A DNA stretch of 64,000 nucleotides, taken from assembly GCA_051294905.1 (NCBI GenBank), contig CM119372.1, forward strand, positions 5,270,001-5,334,000, read 5' to 3'. Below the pieces are notes generated by a model. The model saw only the letters and a program-made list of their open reading frames with translations. It ran no database searches and had not been told where the DNA came from. Position numbers and translations under genes: made by a program. Positions 12,347-24,530 of the stretch are shown piece after piece. This DNA comes from Botryllus schlosseri (lineage: Eukaryota). Each line of letters begins with the position of its first letter. Within the stretch, counting starts at the first letter, position 1.

Positions 12347-12774
12347 TAGAGATGAGCGTGGATTAGGATTAGGTTTTGAAAAAACAGGATTTGTGAAATT
12401 TTGTCGGATTTGGATTGGATTTGGATTAGACATTTTTTTCAGAACGGATTAGGATTTGGATTGGATTTACTTATTTTCTGGGAGATTGAAATGTCGTGTG
12501 GCGAATGGCGACAAACTTTATTCAGATCAGTTATTATTGTACTTATGGTTACTAAGTTATCTTGAATCGAGTGAATCGTTGGTTGTGACAGAAAAGTTTC
12601 GAATCCCTCCATTGCATAAATTAGTATTTTTTTCTGAATTTCCAGTTGGAATCGGATTAGGATTGGACATGAACTTGAATATGAAAAAGTTATCGATTAG
12701 GATTAGGATTTGGATTTGAATGTTCGGATTTGGATTGGATTAGGACATACAAATTTCAAATCCGCTCATCTCTG
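12347..12774. mobile_element. hAT-type MITE with internal (GGATT)n arrays
   Basis: TIRs TAGAGATGAGCG / CGCTCATCTCTG. TSD GGATCAGT/GTATCAGT matches 7/8. Confidence 0.85.
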
Positions 12775-12794
12775 GTATCAGTATCAATTTATTA

Positions 12795-13024
12795 TAGGCT
12801 TACCATATTTTGGAAATCTAAAAAGAGGACACTTTTTCAGAAATTTGCAACTTGCAGAACCGGAGTAGAATTCTCAAAAACCGGTGAATCTAAATCTGAC
12901 CTAAATTTTCAAAAAAGAGGACAAAATCTCAAAAAAGAGGACAAAAGGGCGTCCTCCGAGGACACTTTCAAAAAAGTCAAAAAAGAGGACAAATCCTCTT
13001 AAAAGAGGACGTATGGTAAGCCTA
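12795..13024. mobile_element. hAT (Blackjack-like) MITE with AAAAAGAGGAC repeats
   Basis: TIRs TAGGCTTACCATA / TATGGTAAGCCTA. Perfect 8-bp TSD ATTTATTA. Related ends lie near 36244 and 52971. Confidence 0.9.
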
Positions 13025-13305
13025 ATTTATTATTATTTTCATAATTTCAAAAGACCACAAAACTGCAATACAATGAAAAGATAGGAAGGTGTCGAAACGA
13101 CTTGGAGTAGTCTTTAAAATCAGAGACCCACCTTGGTCTAGGCAAAGTAGAGAGGAGGCATGCACATTGCACACTGAATGAGAAGTAAAGCAGAGAATAT
13201 AAAAGGCAAGCGAAAAAATGAGGTGAAATGTGGCGAAAGGTGAGATCGATTAGGTCGTGGTCCGATAATCCTGATGGCTGACTAGAATTCATTTAAAAGC
13301 AGTGG
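13025..13305 (-). mobile_element. Extreme 3' fragment of a CR1/L2-type LINE
   Basis: Homologous to the LINE 3' UTR at 23180-23455. It begins with ...LLLNEF* (cf. ...LLLNKYS* at 23456) and ends in (TAA)n. Confidence 0.65.
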
Positions 13306-14784
13306 TGACTCTTGGAGTGGGCGAGGTGGGCGGTCGCCCGGAGCCCTCCCGGTCGAAGCCCCTCCCTCTTTGGTCAATCATCAAATCTCTGCATTTGTTA
13401 GAAAATCCCCATATCCCGATACTCATCAAGTCTTTGCATGCGGTGGAGGTACTTAGTTTTGATGTAGTCTATCCTTGCCACCATGCAATAATAGATATGA
13501 CCTAATCCAGCGCAAAGCTCAAACCTTGACAGGGTGTGCTGACTCATTACTGCTGTCAGCCGATAGCTTTCCAGATTAGTGTGGGTCTATTTAGCTTGCA
13601 GTAGGGGAGATATGGTACCGATGGATCAAAAATTGGAAAATGATCGCTGGCCCCAAAATGTTCAGCCGAAAACAGCACGTCTTTGCTGGCTCAGCACTTT
13701 GATACAAGCTCTACCTATCGCGCACATATACATGAATATCCGTCTTTTCAAAAAATATTTATGGACATTCAAAATTTGTTGCTCGAACGTGTCATCGATC
13801 CCCACCCGGTGGGTCCAATGGCACACGACCCGGGGACCTATGACACATATACCCTAAATACCTCAGATGTGACAACTTTTTTTGCTTAGTATTATAATCT
13901 AAGCTACAGTAAGTCAAAGAAGAATGTTTGATCGCAACCGTCAAAAAATAGAATAAATATTAACTCAAATGTTGTCATAAAATCACGTTTCGATTTATGC
14001 TCGGACTTATAAGTTTTTTTCGGTATTTTCGGTTTCAGTGATCCATCGGTACCACATCTCCCCTAGCTGTATTGCTATTCTATTATTTCACGCTACATTC
14101 CATACATCTTCAACATGAAGGCATGACGAGCTATATATAGTTAACTGGTTCAATTCTTTTATAATTTGACAATGTATGATAAAAGAAGGCTCAGAAGCTA
14201 GAGCAGTTCAACATTCCGGCCTGCTTTCAAAGCCGTGTCATAGCGCGTCATATACACATCACGTAATCCTGTTCCAGATGGCACACAAATATTAAGTCGG
14301 TATAACAACAGATGCGAAAAGGGGGGTCTGAGGGGCGGAGCCCCCAATAAGCTGCGATTACATACTTATAGGGGGGTCCCCCGGAAGTCTCGCCTAGCCC
14401 CCCCCCCCCCATCCAATCGTAGGGCCACCCCTGTTTAGCAGAAATTGCTTGTATTATGTCCTATTGCTCCATGCCCCAACAATTTGCCGGTGATAGTTCA
14501 ATTCGGAAGGGAGGAATACACCGATGTGGCAAGATATACGCCATCCGAGGTCTAAATGTCATTATGGCGAGAAATTATTGTTTGAAATCTAATCGCCCGC
14601 TTCATCACTTTGCATCGCAAAGACCGTACACACGAGTAATTGGAGTTGGCATATATTATGTAATACGGCATGTATTACTTCTCCCCACCTCCTGTCTCTT
14701 GGCTATTTCTTAACCGGGAGCTAGTGTTATCAGCTAATTGAGAGTGCGACATGCGTATCGGCAGTTATCTACCAGCAATTCAGC

Positions 14785-15630
14785 ATGCCTCCGCATAACG
14801 TCTCAGGAAATCAGGTTGATTGCAAAGGCTTGTATCCTGCGTGGAGTTTGTTGATCGTGTCTGTTTTGACAGCGTGTTTCTGTGTCGCTGTGGCTGTCGC
14901 ACACAAATATGTGAAGAATAGGTGTCGAAAATTGACAATCCAGAGGAAGACAACAAGGAATTCTGTCAAAGTAACGATCGGCAAAAGGTCAACCCTTCAA
15001 TCAAGTTGTGCATCCGAATTAGTGACGGAACGGGATGCTGCCAGGAGTGAATCCGGTATACCAGGAATAGTACAGTGTCAGGGGGAGAATATAGAGAAGA
15101 AGAGAGTTGGCAGTCAAGTTTTCGGTGACTTTGGAAGAAGTAAAGGAAGCGTTTGGGCGCTTTCACCAAACGATCGACACGCCAGTGATCTCTCTTTGGC
15201 GTCGGGGGCTTACGCACATGTGGATAGCTTAGTAAAAAGAATCCGAGCATTGTCGGAAGACGGCAAATTGCAAATCGACGAAGGTTCCGAAATGCTGACA
15301 CCGGGAATAAAATCAGTTTCCAGTGATCCATCGTATTTCACTCCAGCAGTACTTCGTCTTGCCTCCGCTGAACGAAGAAGCCGTTTTCCAACACCGGGAA
15401 TTGCAAAGTTCTCGTTGACCGCACGAAGACATTTTTCTTCGGATGAAGCACGACAAGCTATCAGCCATAAAACCTCAAATGAAAGTCCACGCACCCGCAG
15501 TTGGGCAAACAGTTTGTCTTCTATTCATCCCGAAGCTGATATTGGCAATAATAATTCCACTTATCTTACGTTCAACAACGTGTCTATCGCCATCACTCCT
15601 GCGGCGTCGAACAGCGATTCCGAAGCATAG
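14785..15630 (+). CDS. Uncharacterised single-pass membrane protein (281 aa, one coding exon or a last exon)
   Basis: 846-nt ORF, the longest in the window. Hydrophobic segment LYPAWSLLIVSVLTACFCVAVAVA is followed by a basic stop-transfer region HKYVKNRCRK. An N-terminal NVS sequon precedes it, and a Ser/Arg-rich tail follows. AATAAA lies at 15933-15938. Acceptor-like CAGs just before the ATG mean upstream exons are possible. Confidence 0.7.
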   Translation: MPPHNVSGNQVDCKGLYPAWSLLIVSVLTACFCVAVAVAHKYVKNRCRKLTIQRKTTRNSVKVTIGKRSTLQSSCASELVTERDAARSESGIPGIVQCQGENIEKKRVGSQVFGDFGRSKGSVWALSPNDRHASDLSLASGAYAHVDSLVKRIRALSEDGKLQIDEGSEMLTPGIKSVSSDPSYFTPAVLRLASAERRSRFPTPGIAKFSLTARRHFSSDEARQAISHKTSNESPRTRSWANSLSSIHPEADIGNNNSTYLTFNNVSIAITPAASNSDSEA

Positions 15631-15835
15631 ATGACTGTATCCAAGTGTACTCGACAAGACGATAGTCAAGGATATAATGAGAATATGCACAGAACCTAAA
15701 GATTTATTACTGTAACAAAAGTGAGTAAAACAGTCCAGTGCTACGTAATGCTATTGGGGCTCGACTTGACTAGAAACGTGCAGAGAATGGGAAATTCCTC
15801 GCGCTACGTGTTTTGTTTATATCGTTCAATATCTT

Positions 15836-15894
15836 TACAGAAGATCAAGATGCACCAATCTTGATCTTTACACAAGATCAAGATGCACCAATCT
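15836..15894. repeat. Perfect 11-bp hairpin plus an approximately 33-bp tandem duplication between convergent genes
   Basis: AAGATCAAGAT-GCACCA-ATCTTGATCTT at 15841-15868, then a second AAGATCAAGATGCACCAATCT. Confidence 0.8.
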
Positions 15895-16037
15895 GCATTA
15901 GCAGATGTGATTCGTTGCTTTATTTCTTGAAAAATAAATTATGCATATACTATACAGTATTCGGAACATTAATTCTCGTGCTGGTGTATATATTACGACG
16001 AGATCAGATAAATGATCACTTCAGTTTACGATTATAG

Positions 16038-19000
16038 TCAGTCGCATGAGACGCTGGCTTCGTGGACACATGCGTTAACCGTATCATCGAAGGCCGTGCC
16101 CGCTGAACATTGGAAATGGTACGCTACTCCGTTGGAACAGCGGTAGTATGAGTGGCAGTCGACTTTATGATACCCACTCTCACCCGCCTGTCAAAATAGA
16201 AAACATTTTCCCATTCACTGTGTAATAGCAACGTATAAATTTCTATTAAGGACTCATGCAAAGCTAATGCGCTGGATTTTGTGTCAGCCGATTCAGAGGA
16301 GCAAATATAGTCGTACAGAATACGAATAGGCATTAAATTTGGCATTGGCACACGCGGTGGTGTTAAGCGAATAACTATAAGCGGACATATTTTGGTAGAA
16401 TAAGCAATGGTAGGCTATAATGTCACGGCTCATTCGTTGTAGCCCAAACGCGGTCAAGTCATGCATGTGAAATGTGAATTACACTCGAGTTACCCGAAAG
16501 AGCAGAAGCAGATTTAGCTTCGTCCAGTTACGGTCATCACAGAAATATATAATTATGGTTAGTTCTCGTATGCATCTCAACCTCGACGCTACTACCCCCG
16601 AGGAGTGTTTTTTAGTTTAAAGGGGGAAATACTCTAGGGGCGCTGCGATGCTATGGGCAAGAATATCGTACAACAGTATTCCAATTTAGATCTCACTGCA
16701 AATTTACTTCCGAGCAATTATTTGGGCTCGAATCTGATAGGTTTGAGCTATACCGGAAGCTGTAATGACAGCGTCCAGCAAATTTATATTGTTAATTAGT
16801 CAACAGGTCATTCGCCGACATCCACGCCCTAAATGTTTACGAATTCAAGCACGAGCTCGAAAAGCCCGACCCGGCTTCCACCTCTATCCCATCGTCTTTA
16901 ATACAGCACCAGACCATGAAAAAATATGAAAGGGAGCGCTGGAGAAAGAAATAGTTAAGAACCATCGATCTAGACCAGAGGCCTCAAACACGCGGCCGGC
17001 GATGGCATTTTGGAATTTCAAGTATTCAACAATATATTGAAGTGCCATATATCTTTTTTAGATATAAGAACTTGAAGTTCACGCTAAAACGACTATAAAA
17101 TCATGGAAATCTTAAAGAACTTCACTATCACATCACTTTTAGCACTTTTAAAAGCTGCCATGCGTCACATTTCTAGTTCATAATGATAAAACATCACGCG
17201 TTACTGATTCGTGACTGAAAATTGTGATTTGGTTTGGTGCGACCTTCTCGTAAAATTACTCGATTTTTGTTTGACTGGGTGAATAAATAAAAATGACTCG
17301 AGTTGAGTCGTATCAAACGTTAAAATCAGAGAAGGAACGGTAACTTGGTCATCCTACGGACACAACGATCTATGAAGCTGTCATGGGAACTAGTAATGTA
17401 TTAAAAGGTCGTAGCTTGCGTTGCGTATGGTAAATAGCTATAAGCATTGGTATTCTGTGACACACGTGACGTATAGATGGTTACATGGTGGGCGTTGTTT
17501 GTTCCCTTTATCCATATTGTTATCGGTGGCGAGTAAGCTGTAGCACCAATGAATGCTTCGCCCATTGAACATTTCTATTCCAGTGGTTCTTAACCAGGGT
17601 CCGTAGACCACATCGGGGTCGAAGCACCACATCAGGGTGTACGAGATGCATTGTAGAGTTAGGCCTATATGCTGTGGAATATTTTCTTGGCCAATTTATG
17701 CAACTGGAAAATAGTCTTCGCTCTACGCGCGATTTTATGTGAATAGCCGATACTTATCACGACTACATCAAAACCAGGATTCGGCTACACCACTCAAATG
17801 CTTTGATATCAAATCAATCTTCAGTAGGTTTTCAAATATTCTACATGAAATAGTGGCACGTCAAAGGTTCACTAGCTGCAATACTATAACCCGATAGTTT
17901 TACGATGTCATGATGCATCCTCTCGCATGATGTCTATAACTCATTAATTAAAAAAAATTATGCCCGGCACAGAAACAATATTATTCAAATATTTGAAAAT
18001 GTGATTTTTTTCGTGTCAAGCGTGAATAGTACAATAGTAAATTACATTTCCTCGATGTTAGTGGGATACATGCCTGCAAGGTCCCGTCAAATAGGGCCTA
18101 CGTGGAAATTATACATTGAATATCTCTATTATTGATGCTGCGGCCCACGGCGTCATCAAAAACTAATAAATTGGCCCGCGAGGACATTTGAGTTTGAGAC
18201 CTCTGATCTAGATTATCCAATGTCAACCTCGTTCTCATGTCCCTAGCAACACCATTGGATCAAGAATCTCACCGCGCATTGACTGTTCTGACTTGACGTA
18301 GACGTTGTGGAAGTTGAAGTTGAAGTGGTACTCTTGCTGGTCTCTGGCGCAGTAGTAGTTGTAGTTGTTGTAGTAGTAGTAGTACTAGTAGTAGGGGAAC
18401 TTGCACCAGAGTCTGGTATGGTGGAGCTTGCCGCCGTACTTGTAGCAGAGTTATCGCCGTCCTGTAATAACAGAACAAATATTCGGAAAAGCAAAAACCA
18501 GAGAAGCCGAAGCAACTACCATGGCCATGCAACTACTTACCCTGTAGCCAGGAGGTGGCAACACAGAGTCCACACCAATTGCAACGTCGGCACATCCGTA
18601 AAACTCTTCTTGCGGTCCCTTGCCCAGGCCGCAATCGTTTGCGCTGTCGCATCCCCACGAATTACCTAAAATAACATCCAAATTTCCGAATAACAAACGC
18701 GCATGAATCTCGGCAGTCGCTGCGCGTTGATAGAAGTGGTGACATCTTGCTTACCCGTGCGATATCTCCATTGCAGCACGCACTGATCGCATGTTACATC
18801 GCTCGGCAATTTGACCTGAATATGGTAGTACCCAGTTTTGGGGTTTTCATCTGTAATGTCGTATTGGGTAGTATAATCATTCGTGACCGGAAGCAAGTAT
18901 CTGAAATTTGGGCATCGATAAATTCGACCTTTGGTCAAAAGTATATTATATATGGAGCCGCAGGCCTATTTTTCAAACAAATGAAAATGATGATCCCTGT

Positions 19001-22000
19001 GTATAGTCAGATCGGATTTTAGTATGTCTATGAGACTGATGAACATTTATACTCACTGGTTCAGGCAATCGCGCGTGATTACACTGGTCACGTCGTCCCA
19101 TGGGCAAAGTCGAAATTCGAAGAATCCACGATGATGAGTTGTTATTTCGATCGTAACGGATATCCAAGCACCTGCTTAGAAATAACGATTTCAGTGCAGA
19201 ACTACCAACTACCTTCATACATACTCAGGTATGATAAAAAAAAGTATATCTCAGCGGTTCTTACCATTACTAACATGGGGAGCATTTACACTAATCTGCA
19301 AGCCTTCCCGAAAACCTGAATATTCGCTAAAACTACCAAAATGCGTATCAAATACATCACTGCATATTACTGGTGCACAAATTGAACTAAGCGGCAATAG
19401 ATTGTCGTAAGAACATATTCAATAAAATATTGTTTTCACGCAAATCAAAAACATTACAATGAATATTTCTTGCAAGTCACTGCCACTTGTGCCGTCTCCT
19501 TTAAGATATCAGTTCAGAAATCCTAGGCTCTTCTTTGGAAAGGACTGTCATGTTGATCACAGCAGCATGATACCAATTTCGCAATTGCAAATGAGCATAA
19601 AATATTGGAGATAGAATTACCAGTTCGAAAGGACAGTGTTTCGATGTCGGACTACAATCTCATCTGCGTATATACGCCGCTTCATACGACGTACCACCAC
19701 AAGAGTCGCAATTCCACTGATGATCGGCGTAATTTCTAGAATCCAATGATAGCCAAAACGGGTGTGTTATCGAAAATAGAGACCTCCATGTCTAAATTAG
19801 TTGAGCGTGTGTCGTCACCCCCAGAGAACCCCTGCTACCAGGGCCGTAACTGCCGCCCCCACCCACTTCCCAATTTGGAGGGCGAGATCGAAGGGGACTC
19901 AAAATCATTTCGAAAATCAATATAAATTAAAAAGTGTTTACGGAAAAACGATACACCTTCAAAATTTTATGGAATTGAATGTCTACTTTTTAATATGGGT
20001 ACCCTCCGCGCCCCAAGAAAAAAATACGCATCATTTATGAAAAAAATATACATTTCGGTACCGGCCATCACTGCTCCACGACACACCAAGACTTATGAAG
20101 TTTCGGCCAACATGCGACCTCGCGAAGCAGTGCGTTACCAAATAAAACCTTGACCTAAAATAACCGCGGCATGTTGACTGAAAGCATCAATATATATTTA
20201 GTCCATAGGCGCCTAGCCGGGGCGGAATAGTCCTCTGCTTGGTATTCGAAGTCACCATCGCCCTCAGATCTACAGGTAAATCTGATCACGTGGGCTGGGA
20301 GAGGGTGAAGAATTATTTGCAATATATGCAATTACCAATATTATAAACCAAATTGATATAATTTTTTCGCGCCTCGCACGACTACAGAAAGGGTGACATG
20401 GGTGCCTTAAAACGCCTAAAGCTTTTTTGTACTGTTGCCCGATACGACGGGGGGTCTGGGGGGCGACGCTCCCAGAAAATTGGTATATGACCTAGTGGAG
20501 GATCAAGAACAACGTTTATTTGGGGGGGAGGGCTGCCGAAATAATGATTCGGCCCTGCCTGTGACTGACTCAGTGAACCCCGCGTGATAGGGACACCGGT
20601 TAAGAACTGGACTACAATAATTCTCCAGACTTAGGCTTGAGGTCGAATAAAAGAGTGGGGAGTTAGGAAATTGTAGCGTAAGTACACACATAGCTCCAAT
20701 AAGTAGTGGAAAGAGATGCTGGTATGCCGAAAGCCAACGAATGCCAATTGCTAAAAGAATAATTTCATAAAATATTCATCTTGTTGCCGACGAGGCCTAT
20801 CATATAGCGAAAATATACTATGGCAAACAACTAGAGCTACTATTCGCACCTTGCTGGTACTGACGAACGATGATTCCCTTCGCGTATGTTCCGCCTGCGA
20901 CATTTTCTGGGTTCGCCGCATCATAAGCATCGCCACATACGCCGCACATGCCCCCGAGTGAAGCTTGATGCTGAAAGTTTAAGCGAGGAATATGCTGTTT
21001 TATAACGAATTTCTATTACGATTACATGGGGCTTATAATCCATTGAACAAGCATTCTTGTCAGCTATTCATACCGATAAATACTAATCTTCCCATTGACG
21101 ATGCTGAATGCACACTGTAGGATCCAGCAGGATAACAGATTTCATATTCTTGGAACAGTTTGTCGCATTTACCATTTGAGGTCAAGTTTTTATTATGATA
21201 GGCAACAATTCTGCGAACAGAGCTTATACGCGAAGGCATAGGTAGTTAGGCTTGCGCAATAATCGACTTTTCCGAGATTGCTTATGAAATTTGATTCGTG
21301 AGGCCTTTTCTTTGGCCTATGTTGACCCCGGGGTCACTCATGACTGCCCATGCTTATGAATCCGATATAGGATGTCACTATTCAGACTTCATAATCTAAC
21401 TGTTATGATCATTGAGTCATCAAGTACAGACATATCCATTTCAGTCATCACCACGATCTTTTCGCCTTGGCACTGTTAGTGTGCACTGTGCAGATCATCT
21501 TGGCTACTGTTCAGCGGATATATGTCTAGTTTTCCGATTGACGAAATAGTCTCGTTCTTTCCCTCTCTCCTGCTCATTCTTTAACCCACTCAAAGCGGCT
21601 AACGACACCCTAGTCGAAATCGTGTGTTTCGAGCTCAAAATCGTATGTATTTCTTTGTTAGTGAGTGAAGAGAGGCAATGAATGTCCGATACACCACGAT
21701 GCCAGTGACTATTGGAAAACAGCCTAACGAAAAGTGACACCCACACCTCTGTGATACTGACCTGAGCCCCACCGCAGAACAGTTGATTATCATTGTAGTT
21801 TGGTTCAATGATATCTTCATAGGGTGCAATCAAGGGATTGTCATCATTAATGAAACGCCAAACCGATGAGCGACCGGGTGGGTCCATCAGTCGACCATGG
21901 CCCTCAACAGTTGATTGCCAAGAAGTAAAGAATAGCGCTGTAATTTAATCACTCACGTTACTCGACCAGCGATAGGTATATAGATAGATATCTTACCGAG

Positions 22001-22030
22001 AACAGCAATTGTAAGCATCTTCACAGACAT
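16038..22030 (-). CDS. AA15-type LPMO, paralog 1: signal peptide + LPMO domain + S/T linker + CBM14; intact
   Basis: Eight phase-consistent exons: 22030-21997, 21937-21762, 20970-20850, 19171-19057, 18900-18755, 18665-18541, 18461-18273, 16187-16038. Protein: MSVKMLTIAVLALFFTSWQSTVEG|HGRLMDPPGRSSVWRF...NYNDNQLFCGG...CGVCGDAY...GGTYAKG...EITTHHRGFFEFRLCP...CDQCVLQWRYRTGNSWG...PQEEFYGCADV, poly-Thr linker, then six-Cys CAAGESGYHKVDCHSYYRCSNGVAYHFQCSAGTAFDDTVNACVHEASVSCD*. Mature N-terminal His, second His and ExF motif are all present. Confidence 0.95.
16976..18205. mobile_element. Non-autonomous hAT (Charlie/Buster-type) element in the last intron of LPMO paralog 1
   Basis: TIRs CAGAGGCCTCAAAC / GTTTGAGACCTCTG. 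TSD ATCTAGAC/ATCTAGAT matches 7/8. It contains fragments of other MITEs (GACTCGAG block, CAGTGGTTCTTAACC at 17581). Confidence 0.85.
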
Positions 22031-23179
22031 TCTTATTCCAGACTCTATACCTCAATGTGAGAAACGGCCGCACGCTGTCTCAATATATAGCCTGGGTCTG
22101 CACCGGGCAACTACGATATTTGTGTTACTAACGCATTTCTTAGCATACACCAAATATTTATATCCATTGTGCTTCCGAAATACTCGGTCCCTTTGAGCCA
22201 TCCCATTTATCCTGTAAAAAGTTTTTTTCCGGGATTTTGACCATCTACGCGCGATTACGATTTCGCATTAGTCAATACAATTTCTTTACTTGGTTGTGGA
22301 CATAGTGATTTAATAATAAAAATGCACTGTGTCCTGGTAATTTGTTTGTGACTTCCATTGCAAGCAAGCATTAAAAGTAATAGCGTATACCGTTGAATAG
22401 ATGAAACAGAAGGAGGTTATGCTGACTCCATATTTACACCGTAAGAATTTACGATCATATGACTTAAACGCAATGAAATTGAAGCACCATTAATCGGTCG
22501 TAATCTGTTGACCAGGAGAACTTATTGATCGGTCTCTACAAAGCAACATATCGTGAGAGCGAGATCAACAATTGTGTATATTTATTTGATTACTTGGGTC
22601 AAAGCCCTTGCTCGTACCTGTGTATGTGTACCAACCACTCTGGCATTTCTTACATTCATATGCAGGACGGACGGACGTTTATTCTATAAATAGCAATTGC
22701 TATATTGTCGCGATGATAGATGTATAATTGTATATATATAGGCTGCATGCGATGTAATAAATTGTGACATGAAAATATACAGTTTGAGCAATGAACAAAG
22801 AACACAGTCGCTTGAACTGACAGTCGGTGTTAATATCGTAATTTATATTTCGGTTCCGCGAGAAAAAAAGCGTCTGCAACGCGCGGTCTCGAATTTCAAT
22901 ATCTCAGCACAATATTCAATCCACAAATTCGACCGGAGAAAAGGTACATTCCCGCCTGCCTGTCGGCATACAAACAGAACAACAGACTCTATACGCCAGG
23001 TGTCCCCTAATAACTTTAGTCTTGGGACCCCCATTGTTATAAATCCAACTTCTGGGGGCCTTGCTGCCCAGACCCCCTCCAGATGTAATTTTTTTACCGC
23101 TACTTACCCAGCTATCTACGTGGTCTGTTTGGTTGATCAGCTTTAGTCGCGTAGACGCGCAATGCGCGAAAATTTTCTA

Positions 23180-24530
23180 TCATTCATCATCATCATTGGT
23201 TTATTAGCAATTTTATCAGTTCAATACACCACAAAAAATGCGATACAATGAAAAGAAAGGAAGATGTCGAAGCGACTGGGAGTTGTCTATGGAATCAGAC
23301 ACCCACCTTGGCCTAGGCGATGTAAAGAGAAGGCATGCACACTGAATGAAAGGAAAGAAGATAGCATAGAAAAAGGAAGCGACAAGAAATAGGGCGGCAT
23401 GTCATGGGAAGCGAGATCGATAGGTCAGTCGTGGTCCGGTAATCTTGAGGATGGACTAGCTGTATTTATTTAGTAATAATTGCTTGTATTTCGACTTGAA
23501 TGTGGACATGCTCGTCGACTGCCGGATGGCCGGCGGGATACTGTTTCACACATCAGGTCCGGCATATTTGATAGAGCGATGATCTTTTCGGTCGATCATA
23601 TGATATTTGGACGACGTGGACGCGCGTGTGTTGTAGGCCTACTTGTGCGCTTTTGATTCAGAGGTAAAGAAGTCATTGAAATATTCGGGGCAGCGACCGC
23701 AGTGAAACTGATACATAAACTTGGCGATTTCTAGTTTCCGCATATCTTCTATGTTTAGGACGCCGAATCTCTTCAGCAGCGACTTATTGGATGGGCAGCC
23801 AGGCCCCTTTGGGGCCCTAGCTATGATTCGGAGTACTTTATGCTGTAGTTTCTGCAATGGCTTGAGTGCAGTTTTACTGGCAGCCCCCCAACAGAGGATG
23901 CCATAATGTAACTTCGATTGGATTAAGGATTTAAAGAGTATCAGAACAACCCATGCTGGCATGAAGCGCCTAAGGCTGTAGAACAGGCCGCACTTCGGTG
24001 ATAATTTAGTTTCTAGGGACTGAATATGAATCTTCCAGGACATGTTCAAGTCCAGTAAAACCCATTATCTGTGTTGGAAACGGGCAGACCAGCGACATTA
24101 ACGGTTAGGTTATTTTTTGAATTTACTGTCAGCGATTGGGATTTCGCGGCTTTTATGCAAAGGTTGTCCTGGGCCGTCCACTCATGGACTTTAGGCATCT
24201 GGTCACCAGTCAGGGCATCCAGCTCTGCCGTCGAAGATGCGGAAGAGAGGAGGTGAGTATCATCAGCGAAAAGTGTGGTGTTCAATGAAGAGGTTCCAAA
24301 AATGTCGTTGACATATAAGGTGAAAAGGACCGGTCCAAGTACTGAGCCTTGGGGCACACCACAGGTCACCAGGTGAGGAGAGGACAAGGTGTCTGAGATT
24401 GCAACCATTTGTTGGCGTCCAGTGAGGTAACTTTTCATGAGCTCAAGTTGTGGGCCCCGAAGTCCGTAGCGCGCCAATTTCGAGATGAGAATTTTATGAT
24501 CTACGCAGTCAAACGTTTTTTTTAGATGTT
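23180..24530 (-). mobile_element. 5'-truncated, inactive CR1/L2-group LINE (RT C-terminal half + 3' UTR)
   Basis: RT motifs LKKTFDCVDH, GVPQGSVLGP, LFADDT, then LHYGILCWG and YNTR...SIKYAGPDV*NSIP...FKSKYKQLLLNKYS* (native stop 23456-23458). A frameshift near 24050 and two premature stops are present. About 270-nt 3' UTR ends in (TGA)n. Confidence 0.9.

Noticed and set aside
18307-18669. Poly-Val plus-strand ORF (likewise 37780-38085, 14966-15494, 54601-55053)
   Set aside because: These are antisense or alternate-frame shadows of real coding exons or Thr-rich linkers, or uninformative ORFs overlapping a 3' UTR.
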